Assembly (NCBI GenBank): GCA_039800785.1
Contig: JBDLPY010000024.1
Location: 1 to 44,823 of the forward strand
DNA length: 44,823 nt
Direction: 5' to 3'
Source of the DNA: Actinomycetota bacterium
Lineage (GTDB): Bacteria; Actinomycetota; Actinomycetes; Nanopelagicales; Nanopelagicaceae
Within the stretch, counting starts at the first letter, position 1. Each line of letters opens with the position of its first letter. Below, piece by piece: positions 25,630-33,968 of this stretch. The notes under the pieces were generated by a model. That model did no database searches. It worked only from the letters and a program-made list of their open reading frames with translations, and was not told the DNA's origin. The position numbers and the translations under genes are program-made.

Positions 25630-26895
25630 ATGAGCGGCCTAAGCAGAGTATTTCTAGCGCGCTTGGCAGGAACCGCGGTCTTTGACCCAAATGGTGATCT
25701 TGTTGGCAAAGTGCGTGATGCTGTGGCGACCCTTCGTTCAAACAATCAACCGCCAAGAATTTTAGGTTTACTAGTTGAAGTACCTATGCGACGTCGAGTT
25801 TTTGTGCCGATTACTCGAGTTACATCAATCGAAACCGGCGCAGTCGTAATTACAGGACTTTTGAATATGCGCAGATTCGAAGCGCGCACCGGTGAATTAC
25901 TTGTACTTGGTGAGATGTTAGATCGCACAGTGCAACTTGCAAATTCAAATGAAAATGTAGTTGTTGAAGATTTAGGAATGGAACAAAATCGCAGCGGTGA
26001 TTGGTTAATTAACCGCGTACATGTGATGCGAAAAGGCAGAGGGCTTCGTCGCCGCGGTGAAACTTTTACTGCGGCTTGGGAAGAAATTTCTGGATTAATG
26101 GGAACTGAACATAATCAAGGTGTCACAAATTTACTTTCGACCTTAAGCACTTTGCGCGCTGCCGATTTAGCATCGGTAATGCAAGATTTATCTTTAAAAC
26201 GTCGAGTTGAAGTGGCGTTGGCACTTACCGACGAACGTTTGGCTGACGTTCTTGAAGAGATGGAAGAGAATGATCGCGTAGATCTTTTGGCCGAACTTGA
26301 AGGCGAGCGCGCCGCAGATGTTGTTGCCGAAATGGATCCAGATGATGCAGCTGACTTGCTTCGTGAAATTGGTGATGAACGCGCTAAACAGTTAATTGAA
26401 TTGATGGAACCAGAAGATGCAGAAGATGTTCTTCGATTAATGACTTATGAAGATTATTCTGCCGGTGGAATGATGACAACTGAACCAGTAGTAATTACAG
26501 CTGACGGAACAGTTGCAGAGGCGCTTGCTGCTGTTAGAGCAAGTGAAGTTTCTCCAGCGCTAGCTTCACAAGTTTATGTTTGCCGAGCACCGCTAGAGAC
26601 GCCAACTGGAAAATTTATCGGTATTGTTCATTACCAACGTTTACTCCGTGAAGCACCTTCAACTTTGCTAGGTTCAATTGTTGATACGGAAACTCAAGGA
26701 ATTAATCCGGATGCGCAATTGAATGAAGTATCTTCATACTTAGCCAGTTACAACTTGCTATCAGTTCCCGTTGTCGATGCAAATGAGCGCTTACTCGGTG
26801 CAGTTACAGTTGATGACGTACTCGATCACTTGTTACCGGAAGATTGGCGTCATCGCCGCCATGATTCACGCGAACCACATGGAATGGAGGGCTAG
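25630..26895 (+). CDS. Cytosolic PRC-barrel + MgtE N-terminal domain + CBS-pair protein (no membrane domain; Rv1232c-like)
   Basis: 421 aa. N-terminal PRC-like barrel (VFDPNGDLVGKVRD...LLVEV...RRVFVPITRV). Acidic MgtE_N helices (AADLASVMQDL...DRVDLLAEL...AADVVAEMDPDDAADLLREI...ELMEPEDAEDV). It ends in a CBS pair (MTTEPVVI...; LSVPVVD...LLGAVTVDDVLD) with no TM region. Confidence 0.8.
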   Translation: MSGLSRVFLARLAGTAVFDPNGDLVGKVRDAVATLRSNNQPPRILGLLVEVPMRRRVFVPITRVTSIETGAVVITGLLNMRRFEARTGELLVLGEMLDRTVQLANSNENVVVEDLGMEQNRSGDWLINRVHVMRKGRGLRRRGETFTAAWEEISGLMGTEHNQGVTNLLSTLSTLRAADLASVMQDLSLKRRVEVALALTDERLADVLEEMEENDRVDLLAELEGERAADVVAEMDPDDAADLLREIGDERAKQLIELMEPEDAEDVLRLMTYEDYSAGGMMTTEPVVITADGTVAEALAAVRASEVSPALASQVYVCRAPLETPTGKFIGIVHYQRLLREAPSTLLGSIVDTETQGINPDAQLNEVSSYLASYNLLSVPVVDANERLLGAVTVDDVLDHLLPEDWRHRRHDSREPHGMEG

Positions 26896-26897
26896 AA

Positions 26898-27395
26898 ATG
26901 GCGCGCAATTACGGTTTAGAAACTCCGCGCGAAGCTGGACGCTCCCTTCGCCCAAATTACGATCCTGAAGCATTTGGTCGCCTCTCAGAAAAATTTGCAC
27001 GCTTTTTAGGCACTGCCCGCTTCTTGGTTTACATGACTGTATTTGTTGCATTTTGGACTTTATGGAATTCCGTAGCGCCGCATAATTGGCGATTTGATGA
27101 ATACCCATTTATTTTCTTAACTTTGATTCTTTCATTGCAAGCTTCTTATGCCGCTCCACTAATTTTGTTGGCGCAAAATCGACAAGCTGATCGTGATCGA
27201 ATTCAATTTAATGAAGATCGCGCCAGAAATGAAAGATCAATGGCCGATACGGAATATCTAACTCGTGAAATTGCGTCACTTCGAATCGCAATTGGTGAAG
27301 TTGCCACTCGCGATTTCTTACGAAGTGAATTAGCGGAAAGTTTGGAAGAATTACTAAAAGAATTACGTACTAAGTCCGAGCCGGACGCCAAGTAG
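26898..27395 (+). CDS. DUF1003-family two-TM membrane protein (Rv1231c-like)
   Basis: 165 aa. Two hydrophobic helices (FLVYMTVFVAFWTLW; FIFLTLILSLQASYAAPLILLAQNRQ) followed by a coiled-coil-like tail. It starts 2 nt after the preceding stop. Confidence 0.78.
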   Translation: MARNYGLETPREAGRSLRPNYDPEAFGRLSEKFARFLGTARFLVYMTVFVAFWTLWNSVAPHNWRFDEYPFIFLTLILSLQASYAAPLILLAQNRQADRDRIQFNEDRARNERSMADTEYLTREIASLRIAIGEVATRDFLRSELAESLEELLKELRTKSEPDAK

Positions 27396-28475
27396 CGATT
27401 TCTTACGCGAAGTAATCTTCTCGGCTACAGCAAAAATAGCTTTTGCACTTTCACTTTCAGGTTGTGAAACAACAATCGGCTTGGACTCGTCTCCCCCCTC
27501 GCGAAGTTTCTGATCAAATGGAATTTTGCCAAGTAACGGAACTTCTTCACCAATTAATTCCGTTAGTCGCTTAGCCGTTTCAACCCCGCCGCCTTCGCCA
27601 AATAATGAAATCGGTTCACCGCATTTTGGACATGGAAAATCCGACATGTTTTCAATTACGCCAATTACCGGTTGTTTCATTTGGTGAGCGATTCGACCAG
27701 TTCGTTCAGCTACTTCTGCGGCTGCAATTTGTGGCGTTGTAACTACCAACATCTCTGAGTTGGGAATTAACTGGCCAAGCGAAATTGCTAAATCACCAGT
27801 TCCTGGTGGTAAATCTATAAAAAGAAAATCTAAATCGCCCCAATAGGCATCTGTTAATAATTGCTGCAAGACGCGATGCAATAGCGGCCCTCTATAAGCA
27901 ACTGCATCGGCCCGATCAGGCTTAAACATTTCCATCGAAACAGTTTTGATGCCATAACTTTCTAGCGGAATAAATAATTGATCAATTGCGGTTGGCCGTT
28001 GGCCGATCAAACCAAGTAACCGTGGAATCGAATGTCCGTAAACATCGCCATCTAAAATTCCAACGCGCATTCCTTTTGCAGCGACAGCTAACGCTAAGTT
28101 AACTGTTAATGAAGATTTTCCAACGCCACCTTTTCCAGATGAAACTCCAATAACTCTTGTTAGAGAATCTGGTCTGGCAAAAGGAATCTCCGGTTCTCGT
28201 CCGCCACGAACAATTTCCTTCACTCGGTTTCGTTGGGTTTCATTCATGACCCCAAAGTCGAGATCAATGTTTTTAACTTCAGGTAATTCGCTAATCGCCC
28301 GCTCTACATCCGCTCTCAGACGATCTTGCATCGGACAGGTGGCAATCGTTAAGAGCACCCGAACTTTTGCGAGTCCATCAATTAATTCGGCCGATTCAAC
28401 CATCTCTAATTCGGTGATTGGTCGTCTTAATTCTGGATCAATTACTGTTGATAACTTCTCAAATAAATTACTCAT
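27363..28475 (-). CDS. mrp: Mrp/ApbC/NBP35-family Fe-S cluster carrier ATPase
   Basis: 370 aa. N-terminal DUF59-like domain, P-loop SSGKGGVGKSSLTVNLA, and CPKCGE. Confidence 0.9.
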   Translation of the reverse strand: MSNLFEKLSTVIDPELRRPITELEMVESAELIDGLAKVRVLLTIATCPMQDRLRADVERAISELPEVKNIDLDFGVMNETQRNRVKEIVRGGREPEIPFARPDSLTRVIGVSSGKGGVGKSSLTVNLALAVAAKGMRVGILDGDVYGHSIPRLLGLIGQRPTAIDQLFIPLESYGIKTVSMEMFKPDRADAVAYRGPLLHRVLQQLLTDAYWGDLDFLFIDLPPGTGDLAISLGQLIPNSEMLVVTTPQIAAAEVAERTGRIAHQMKQPVIGVIENMSDFPCPKCGEPISLFGEGGGVETAKRLTELIGEEVPLLGKIPFDQKLREGGDESKPIVVSQPESESAKAIFAVAEKITSRKKSLLGVRLGLST

Positions 28476-28768
28476 AATAAATCTGGGTCAATTTTTGGTT
28501 TTACTTTTGGCCGATCTAATTCATCCATTGCTTCATTGATTTGGCGCTTGATAAAGTTTTTCGGATGCAAATCTGTTGGTTTTAAATCTTCAAATCCTGG
28601 ACCTAAATTTCCTTTTATTTCACTAGTAGTGTTTTGTGCAAAATCTTTAACTTTGCGCACAATTTTTGCGGCTTCTATTGCTAAGTTTGGTAAACGATCG
28701 GGTCCAACCAAAATAAGAGCTAAAACTGCCAAACCAATAAATTCGCCGGCGCCAACATCGAAAAACAT
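28472..28768 (-). CDS. tatB: Twin-arginine translocase subunit TatB (TatA/B family)
   Basis: 98 aa. MFFDVGAGEFIGLAVLALILVGPDRLP hallmark followed by an amphipathic helix. Overlaps the mrp start with ATGA. Confidence 0.8.
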   Translation of the reverse strand: MFFDVGAGEFIGLAVLALILVGPDRLPNLAIEAAKIVRKVKDFAQNTTSEIKGNLGPGFEDLKPTDLHPKNFIKRQINEAMDELDRPKVKPKIDPDLL

Positions 28769-28777
28769 ATAAGAACC

Positions 28778-29404
28778 TTACAGCTTGGTCGCTGCAAGCA
28801 CACCATCACCAATTGGATTAAGTGATATGGACCAAATTTCAGAATTCATTTTTAACGCTTTCCCGGCATCGCGTAACGCAACGCTCTTCTCATCTCGTTG
28901 TGCTGGGTCATTAACTTTTCCGCCACCAAAATACCGATCGATTGCCATAACGCCACCAGTTCGCAAAATTCGATGTGACTCATCGATTAAATCTAAAATA
29001 TCTTCGCTGTTGCTTCTAATTACAACTAAATCATAGGCACGATCTGCCAGTTTGCGCATTACTTCAAGTGGCGCATTCGTAATCAATCGAATATTGGATG
29101 GCTGAATGTCCGCATCCAAAATAGCTTCTTTCGCAATTTGAGTGTGTTGTACTTCTTCATCAATAGTTGTGATCACGCCGGAACTAATCATTCCTTTTGT
29201 CAGCCACAGCGTGCCAACTCCTGAACCAGTACCGACTTCAACAATTGCCTGAGCGGAGATTAATTCGGCCAAATATTTCAAAAAAGCACCCGAACCAACA
29301 GTGCAGTCATAAGTTCCAATTTCAACACCACGAGCTCTAGCTGTTTGCTGATTTATGTCTTCGCCTAAAAAATTGTCGGCAAAAGATGCGGCGTCAGTTT
29401 TCAT
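28778..29404 (-). CDS. Class I SAM-dependent O-methyltransferase (Rv1220c-like)
   Basis: 208 aa. SAM motif I VEVGTGSGVGTLWL. Caffeoyl-CoA O-methyltransferase-like length and layout. Confidence 0.78.
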   Translation of the reverse strand: MKTDAASFADNFLGEDINQQTARARGVEIGTYDCTVGSGAFLKYLAELISAQAIVEVGTGSGVGTLWLTKGMISSGVITTIDEEVQHTQIAKEAILDADIQPSNIRLITNAPLEVMRKLADRAYDLVVIRSNSEDILDLIDESHRILRTGGVMAIDRYFGGGKVNDPAQRDEKSVALRDAGKALKMNSEIWSISLNPIGDGVLAATKL

Positions 29405-30831
29405 TTAAGCGTTGTTATCCATTCCAACAATAATCTAACACCAAAACCTGTTCCGCCTTTGGGATGCTCTCCTGCATCAGTTTCAGATCGAGCGGGGCCA
29501 GCGATATCTAAGTGAATCCATTTTCTATTTCCGACAAATTGTTCAAGAAAAAGCGCTGCGGTAATTGATCCACCGCTGAAATCAACTGCATCTGCTGTGT
29601 GATTCAAATCGGCAACTTGGCTTTCCAGTGCAACTTTGTAATCATCAACTAACGGCATATGCCAAATGCGGTCACCAGTTGTTTCACCTATTTCAACTAA
29701 TTTCTTGGCTAATTTTTCATCACGAGAATACAGCGCACCAACATGTCGACTTAAACCAAGCGTTGCCGACCCCGTTAGCGTAGCGATATCAATCAAATAA
29801 TCTGGATCTAATTTCAAATCTGCATACGCCAAGCCATCCGCTAAAACCAATCTACCTTCGGCATCAGTATTAATAATTTCAACAGTTTTTCCGCCAAATT
29901 GAGTTATCACATCACTAGGTCGTTGCGAAGTCGCAGATAAAGAATTTTCGGCCAACATAAGTAGTGCGCTAACTTTGACTTTGGGTTTGAGTCGAACTAA
30001 GCCTGCCATTACTGCAATACATGCAGCTGCACCAGCCATATCACTTTTCATTGGTGACATGGTGTCGTATGGTCGTTTGAGCGAAATTCCGCCAGTATCA
30101 AAAGTAATTCCTTTACCTACTAAAACGACTTCTTTCTTGGCACCTTTTGGCGAATAAGTTATTTCAACAAATCTTGGTCCAGGTTTTGGAGCAGAATTGC
30201 CAACCGCAGTTAGGCCACCAAAATCTTTCAATTTATTTCCGGAAAGTATTTTTACTTTTAAAGGTTTAACTGCCTTCGTGGCTTGATTGGCTAACCAGAG
30301 CGGATTCTTAATATTTGATGGGGTATGAATTAAAGTTCTAGCTAAATTAACCGAATCAATAATCGTTCGAGCCTTGATAATTTGATCAGCGGTAATACCG
30401 TAAATTGATAAGTGGCATTGCGAACTCTTTCGCTCACTTTTTTGCGACCATTGAAAGTTAGCTAACCCCGCAGCGATAATTAATCTACTCAAGTCATTTG
30501 ATTTAATTTTTAAATCAACTAAAACAGTTTCTGACCGGCCTCGCAATTTCCGACCAATTGAAGCGCCTGAGCTCTTAACGTCTTTCCCAACATAAATTAA
30601 GAGAATGACTTTGGTCTTATATCCATTTGCCGAAACCGGGATTTCAAAATTTTCTCCAGCTTTGAAAGCTGGCGAAAAATTACTTAATTCGTCTTTTAAA
30701 TTGAGATCAAAAATTTTCTCTATTTGAGTTTTATGATTTGAAAGGATGTTTTTTTCATCAAAACCAATTACTAAATAAGTATCTTTTTTAGAGACTGAAC
30801 CCTTCACCGCAGTAAGCGTGAAGGTTGCCAT
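29401..30831 (-). CDS. pepA: M17 leucyl aminopeptidase
   Basis: 476 aa. VGKGITFDTGG, MKSDMAGAA and NTDAEGRLVLAD signature motifs. Confidence 0.88.
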   Translation of the reverse strand: MATFTLTAVKGSVSKKDTYLVIGFDEKNILSNHKTQIEKIFDLNLKDELSNFSPAFKAGENFEIPVSANGYKTKVILLIYVGKDVKSSGASIGRKLRGRSETVLVDLKIKSNDLSRLIIAAGLANFQWSQKSERKSSQCHLSIYGITADQIIKARTIIDSVNLARTLIHTPSNIKNPLWLANQATKAVKPLKVKILSGNKLKDFGGLTAVGNSAPKPGPRFVEITYSPKGAKKEVVLVGKGITFDTGGISLKRPYDTMSPMKSDMAGAAACIAVMAGLVRLKPKVKVSALLMLAENSLSATSQRPSDVITQFGGKTVEIINTDAEGRLVLADGLAYADLKLDPDYLIDIATLTGSATLGLSRHVGALYSRDEKLAKKLVEIGETTGDRIWHMPLVDDYKVALESQVADLNHTADAVDFSGGSITAALFLEQFVGNRKWIHLDIAGPARSETDAGEHPKGGTGFGVRLLLEWITTLK

Positions 30832-30840
30832 GAGGCGAGA

Positions 30841-31020
30841 CTACTTCTTAACTAAAGCAACAGCTGCCTGAAGAGCGCTACCCAAATTGGTTGCTTCTTC
30901 GATATTAAGTTCCACAACTAAACGGCCGCCACCTTCAAGTGGAATCCGCATAACCATGCTTCGGGCTTCCTTGGTAACTTCCATAGGCCCGTCACCGGTG
31001 CGAGGCTTCATAGCTGCCAT
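30841..31020 (-). CDS. DUF3117-family small conserved actinobacterial protein (59 aa), absent from the supplied ORF track
   Basis: My own translation of the minus strand gives MAAMKPRTGDGPMEVTKEARSMVMRIPLEGGGRLVVELNIEEATNLGSALQAAVALVKK*. ATG at 31020 with GGAG 10 nt upstream, TAG at 30843-30841. MAAMKPRTGDGP...PLEGGGRLVVEL is the hallmark I recall for this family. Confidence 0.8.
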   Translation of the reverse strand: MAAMKPRTGDGPMEVTKEARSMVMRIPLEGGGRLVVELNIEEATNLGSALQAAVALVKK

Positions 31021-31049
31021 TTTTAATAGTCTCCTATCGACTAGGCAGA

Positions 31050-31077
31050 ATTATCCCAAAATTTCGACTGGGAGTGA
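31050..31077 (-). promoter_or_regulatory. Candidate extended -10 promoter for the DUF3117 gene (TTCACT, 17-nt spacer, TGgGATAAT)
   Basis: On the minus strand, TTCACT lies at 31077-31072 and GATAAT at 31055-31050, preceded by TGg. The element sits in a 65-nt intergenic gap with an SD (GGAG) downstream. Confidence 0.3.
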
Positions 31078-31085
31078 AATCGTGA

Positions 31086-31277
31086 TTATTTCAACCCTAA
31101 TTCGCGCGCAAGTAGCGTTCGCCCGTTAGCGATGATTCGCGCCACAGTATCGACTGGAACATTTAGCGTTTTTGCAATTTCTTCTGAACTTAAACCACGT
31201 AAGTAATGCATCTTAAGTACAAATTGAATTTCTTCGGGTAGCGCAGAAATCAACTCAGCTAAAGTTTTTTCGGCCAC
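31086..31277 (-). CDS. Stand-alone sigma-70 region-4-like HTH mini-protein (63 aa)
   Basis: GTG start. LPEEIQFVLKMHYLRGLSSEEIAKTLNVPVDTVARIIANGRTLLAREL matches the ECF/sigma-70 region 4 HTH pattern. No region-2 coding capacity lies upstream, because the LOG gene ends 18 nt away. Confidence 0.6.
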   Translation of the reverse strand: MAEKTLAELISALPEEIQFVLKMHYLRGLSSEEIAKTLNVPVDTVARIIANGRTLLARELGLK

Positions 31278-31295
31278 AGGCCAAAGTTTACCTGA

Positions 31296-31841
31296 TTACT
31301 TTCCAATCTCATTTGCTATTGCGTCTAGCGCTTCCGGAACTGCGCTCACCCAATGAACAATTTCACGCTGACCAGGTTTAACAAATCCTTGTCGTTGAAG
31401 TTCATCAATAAAGTCATGCATTGGATTGTAAAAATTATAAGGATCCAAAATAACTATTGGTTTATTGTGGAAATTAAGAAATCTGCCAACCCACATTTCA
31501 AATAATTCTTCTAAAGTTCCAAGCCCACCTGGCAAAATTATGAACGCATCAGAAAGTGATTCCATTAATCCTTTGCGCACTCGCATGTTTTCTACTACAT
31601 GTAGTTCTTCGTGATGTTCATCAGGAACTTCAATATCAACTAGTGACTGTGGAATAACGCCAATTGTTTTGCCGCCATTTAATTTTGCAGCTTTTGTAAC
31701 AGCGCCCATCATAGAAACGCTGCCACCGCCAGTAACCAATGCCCATTTGCGATCTGCGATTGCGGTGCCAAGATCTGATGCCAAAGTCAGATATTTCGCC
31801 TCAATTAATTGGGAGGATGAGCAGAAGACGCAGATACGCAT
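31296..31841 (-). CDS. LOG-family (TIGR00730-type) nucleotide phosphoribohydrolase (Rv1205-like)
   Basis: 181 aa. GGGSVSMMGAV and PGGLGTLEELFE motifs. Confidence 0.85.
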   Translation of the reverse strand: MRICVFCSSSQLIEAKYLTLASDLGTAIADRKWALVTGGGSVSMMGAVTKAAKLNGGKTIGVIPQSLVDIEVPDEHHEELHVVENMRVRKGLMESLSDAFIILPGGLGTLEELFEMWVGRFLNFHNKPIVILDPYNFYNPMHDFIDELQRQGFVKPGQREIVHWVSAVPEALDAIANEIGK

Positions 31842-31863
31842 TGCGCAAGGCTAGTATCTACCC

Positions 31864-32787
31864 ATGTCTAATGCGAAAACAGCGTCTGGAAACGGAATTG
31901 CAACGGTTGGAAAAAGTGGAAACATCTTGGATGTTTGGTTTCCAAACCCAACCCTAGGCGCGCTTTCAAATAATCAGCAAAATTTAGATTCATTGGCAAA
32001 AAACGATGAAGTGCGCCAAGTGCAACGTAAAGTGGTCTCGCTTGAAATCGATTTAACTCAGCCACCAAAAGATGCTGTTGATGCTTATCTTCGGTTACAT
32101 CTTTTGTCGCATCGAATTATTAAGCCACATGATGCAAATTTGGATGGAATATTCGGATTGCTATCAAATGTAGTTTGGACAAATCATGGGCCATGTGAAG
32201 TTGATGGTTTCGAATTAGTTCGCGCTAAATTGATTGAAAAATATGGTTCGGCAACTATTTATTCCGTAGATAAATTTCCACGAATGGTTGATTATGTAAT
32301 TCCTTCCGGAGTTCGAATCGCTGACGCGGATCGTGTTCGCTTAGGTGCACATTTGTCTGAAGGCACCACAATCATGCATGAAGGTTTTGTTAACTTTAAT
32401 GCTGGCACTTTAGGCAAATCAATGGTTGAAGGAAGAATTTCGGCCGGAGTAGTCGTTGGAGATGGCAGTGATATAGGCGGCGGTGCATCAATCATGGGAA
32501 CTTTAAGTGGCGGCGGAAAAGAAATAATTTCGATTGGCAAAGGTTGCCTACTTGGCGCAAACTCCGGACTTGGAATTTCATTGGGTGATAATTGCGTTAT
32601 CGAAGCGGGAACTTATATAACTGCTGCGGCAAAAATTAAATTACCAGATGGTGAGATTGTTAAAGGCGCTGCACTTTCCGGTGCAAATAATTTGTTATTT
32701 CGCCGAAATTCAATTTCTGGCGGACTAGAAGCTGTCCCGAAAACCGGAACTTGGGGCGGATTAAATTCGGTATTGCACGCAAATTAA
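31864..32787 (+). CDS. dapD: Tetrahydrodipicolinate N-succinyltransferase, actinobacterial type
   Basis: 307 aa. The C-terminal half carries left-handed beta-helix hexapeptide repeats (GVRIADADRVRLGAHL, GVVVGDGSDIGGGASI, GCLLGANSGLGISLGDNCVIEAG). The N-terminal domain resembles Rv1201c as recalled. Confidence 0.82.
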   Translation: MSNAKTASGNGIATVGKSGNILDVWFPNPTLGALSNNQQNLDSLAKNDEVRQVQRKVVSLEIDLTQPPKDAVDAYLRLHLLSHRIIKPHDANLDGIFGLLSNVVWTNHGPCEVDGFELVRAKLIEKYGSATIYSVDKFPRMVDYVIPSGVRIADADRVRLGAHLSEGTTIMHEGFVNFNAGTLGKSMVEGRISAGVVVGDGSDIGGGASIMGTLSGGGKEIISIGKGCLLGANSGLGISLGDNCVIEAGTYITAAAKIKLPDGEIVKGAALSGANNLLFRRNSISGGLEAVPKTGTWGGLNSVLHAN

Positions 32788-33968
32788 TTTAAATAAAACC
32801 AGGTAGAGGGTAAACCACTTCTCGATCTAAAAGTTTCACCTTTCAAAATTACACTTTTCCCATCGCTGCTTAATCCTTGGACTTTTGCTGCAGAATCTGT
32901 AGCGTTGCGATTTACGATTTGAATTCTTGCAACGTCAGATAAACCAAATGCTTTTGCAGCTGTTGCCTGGGTGATAGTTCGTTGCCACTTATAAAAGCGT
33001 GGATTTAATTTAGGATCTTGACTTCCTGGATCAGCAACTGAAATCAAATATGGTGAAGCGCTACCAAATGCATTTTTTGAAGAATCCGTGACTCCGCCAC
33101 TTGATGAGAAGAAGAAAGCTGATATCGGCATGCCCATATAAGAAATTATGTATCCCGATTCAACATCGATGGCTGTTGCATCGACTGCCGATTTCCATTG
33201 TTTGCCCCATTTAGGCTCTTTAATTTTCTGGTTCCCAACGAAATTTAAATCCTTAATTGATCCAAAAAGGTCGCAGTCACATTCAACTCTGATGTTGTTT
33301 GCTTTTCTACTCGCATAAGTTCGTGCCGTAATGATTTGAGCTTCTAGCGCAGCTGGGTTCCACGAAGATGGCATTTCGCTAATTCCGTACAAATACTCGT
33401 CATGTAATGACACCGAATTGGTCAATTCAAGCAATGACTTAAAAGTTTTGATTTGCATCTGACCATATTGATAAGTGATTGCGCTCGGCGAAACTTTAAC
33501 TTCTGTCCCGGTTCGCCACCGAATCGTCATCTCTTTGGCCGCAGGCAAGGTCGACAAAATGCCATTATTTAGAACGCTAACTGCAACTTTTTTACCTTCA
33601 ATAGAAAAAGTTATTGCACCTTTTCGGTCATTTAATAGTAAAGGTGGATTAGTTATCTCGTCTGAAATTTGGTTGAATACTTGAATTTCGCCCACTTTGG
33701 ATGAAATCGATAGTTTGACTGTTTTTAATTGATGACCAATATTTACGCGCAGCTTTTGATTATCTGGCACTGCCAAAATTTCCGTTCCTGGAAAATAATG
33801 AGTCAAAATATCGATTGCCGATGCACCATTCATCGCCATCGATCTGGCGCCGATCTGACTAAGTCCGACCCCATGGCCAAAACCTTTACCGGTGAAATTA
33901 AATGAATCCGGCGCAGCATTTGCTGCAGGCATAGAAATTAAAAGAAATAGTGCGATTAACTTTTTCAT
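32784..33968 (-). CDS. Secreted SpoIID/LytB-domain protein
   Basis: 394 aa. Signal peptide MKKLIALFLLISMPAANA, GHGVGLSQIGA, EAQIITARTYA and FFFSSSGGVT motifs typical of SpoIID-type lytic transglycosylase/amidase enhancers. Confidence 0.8.
   Translation of the reverse strand: MKKLIALFLLISMPAANAAPDSFNFTGKGFGHGVGLSQIGARSMAMNGASAIDILTHYFPGTEILAVPDNQKLRVNIGHQLKTVKLSISSKVGEIQVFNQISDEITNPPLLLNDRKGAITFSIEGKKVAVSVLNNGILSTLPAAKEMTIRWRTGTEVKVSPSAITYQYGQMQIKTFKSLLELTNSVSLHDEYLYGISEMPSSWNPAALEAQIITARTYASRKANNIRVECDCDLFGSIKDLNFVGNQKIKEPKWGKQWKSAVDATAIDVESGYIISYMGMPISAFFFSSSGGVTDSSKNAFGSASPYLISVADPGSQDPKLNPRFYKWQRTITQATAAKAFGLSDVARIQIVNRNATDSAAKVQGLSSDGKSVILKGETFRSRSGLPSTWFYLN

Noticed and set aside
30887-31129. 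80-aa plus-strand ORF in the supplied track
   Set aside because: It lies antisense to the well-supported 59-aa DUF3117-type gene (30841-31020) and runs into the 3' end of the sigma-4-like gene. Its composition is low-complexity (Ser/Ile/Thr-rich) with no motif or RBS, so I treat it as spurious.
32781-32794. Short AT palindromes (AAATTAATTT, ATTTAAAT) at the dapD/SpoIID convergent junction, with similar ones at 37386-37391
   Set aside because: They are explained by juxtaposed TAA/TTA stop codons of convergent genes in AT-rich context. They are too short to be meaningful, and they temper the significance of the 321-338 palindrome.
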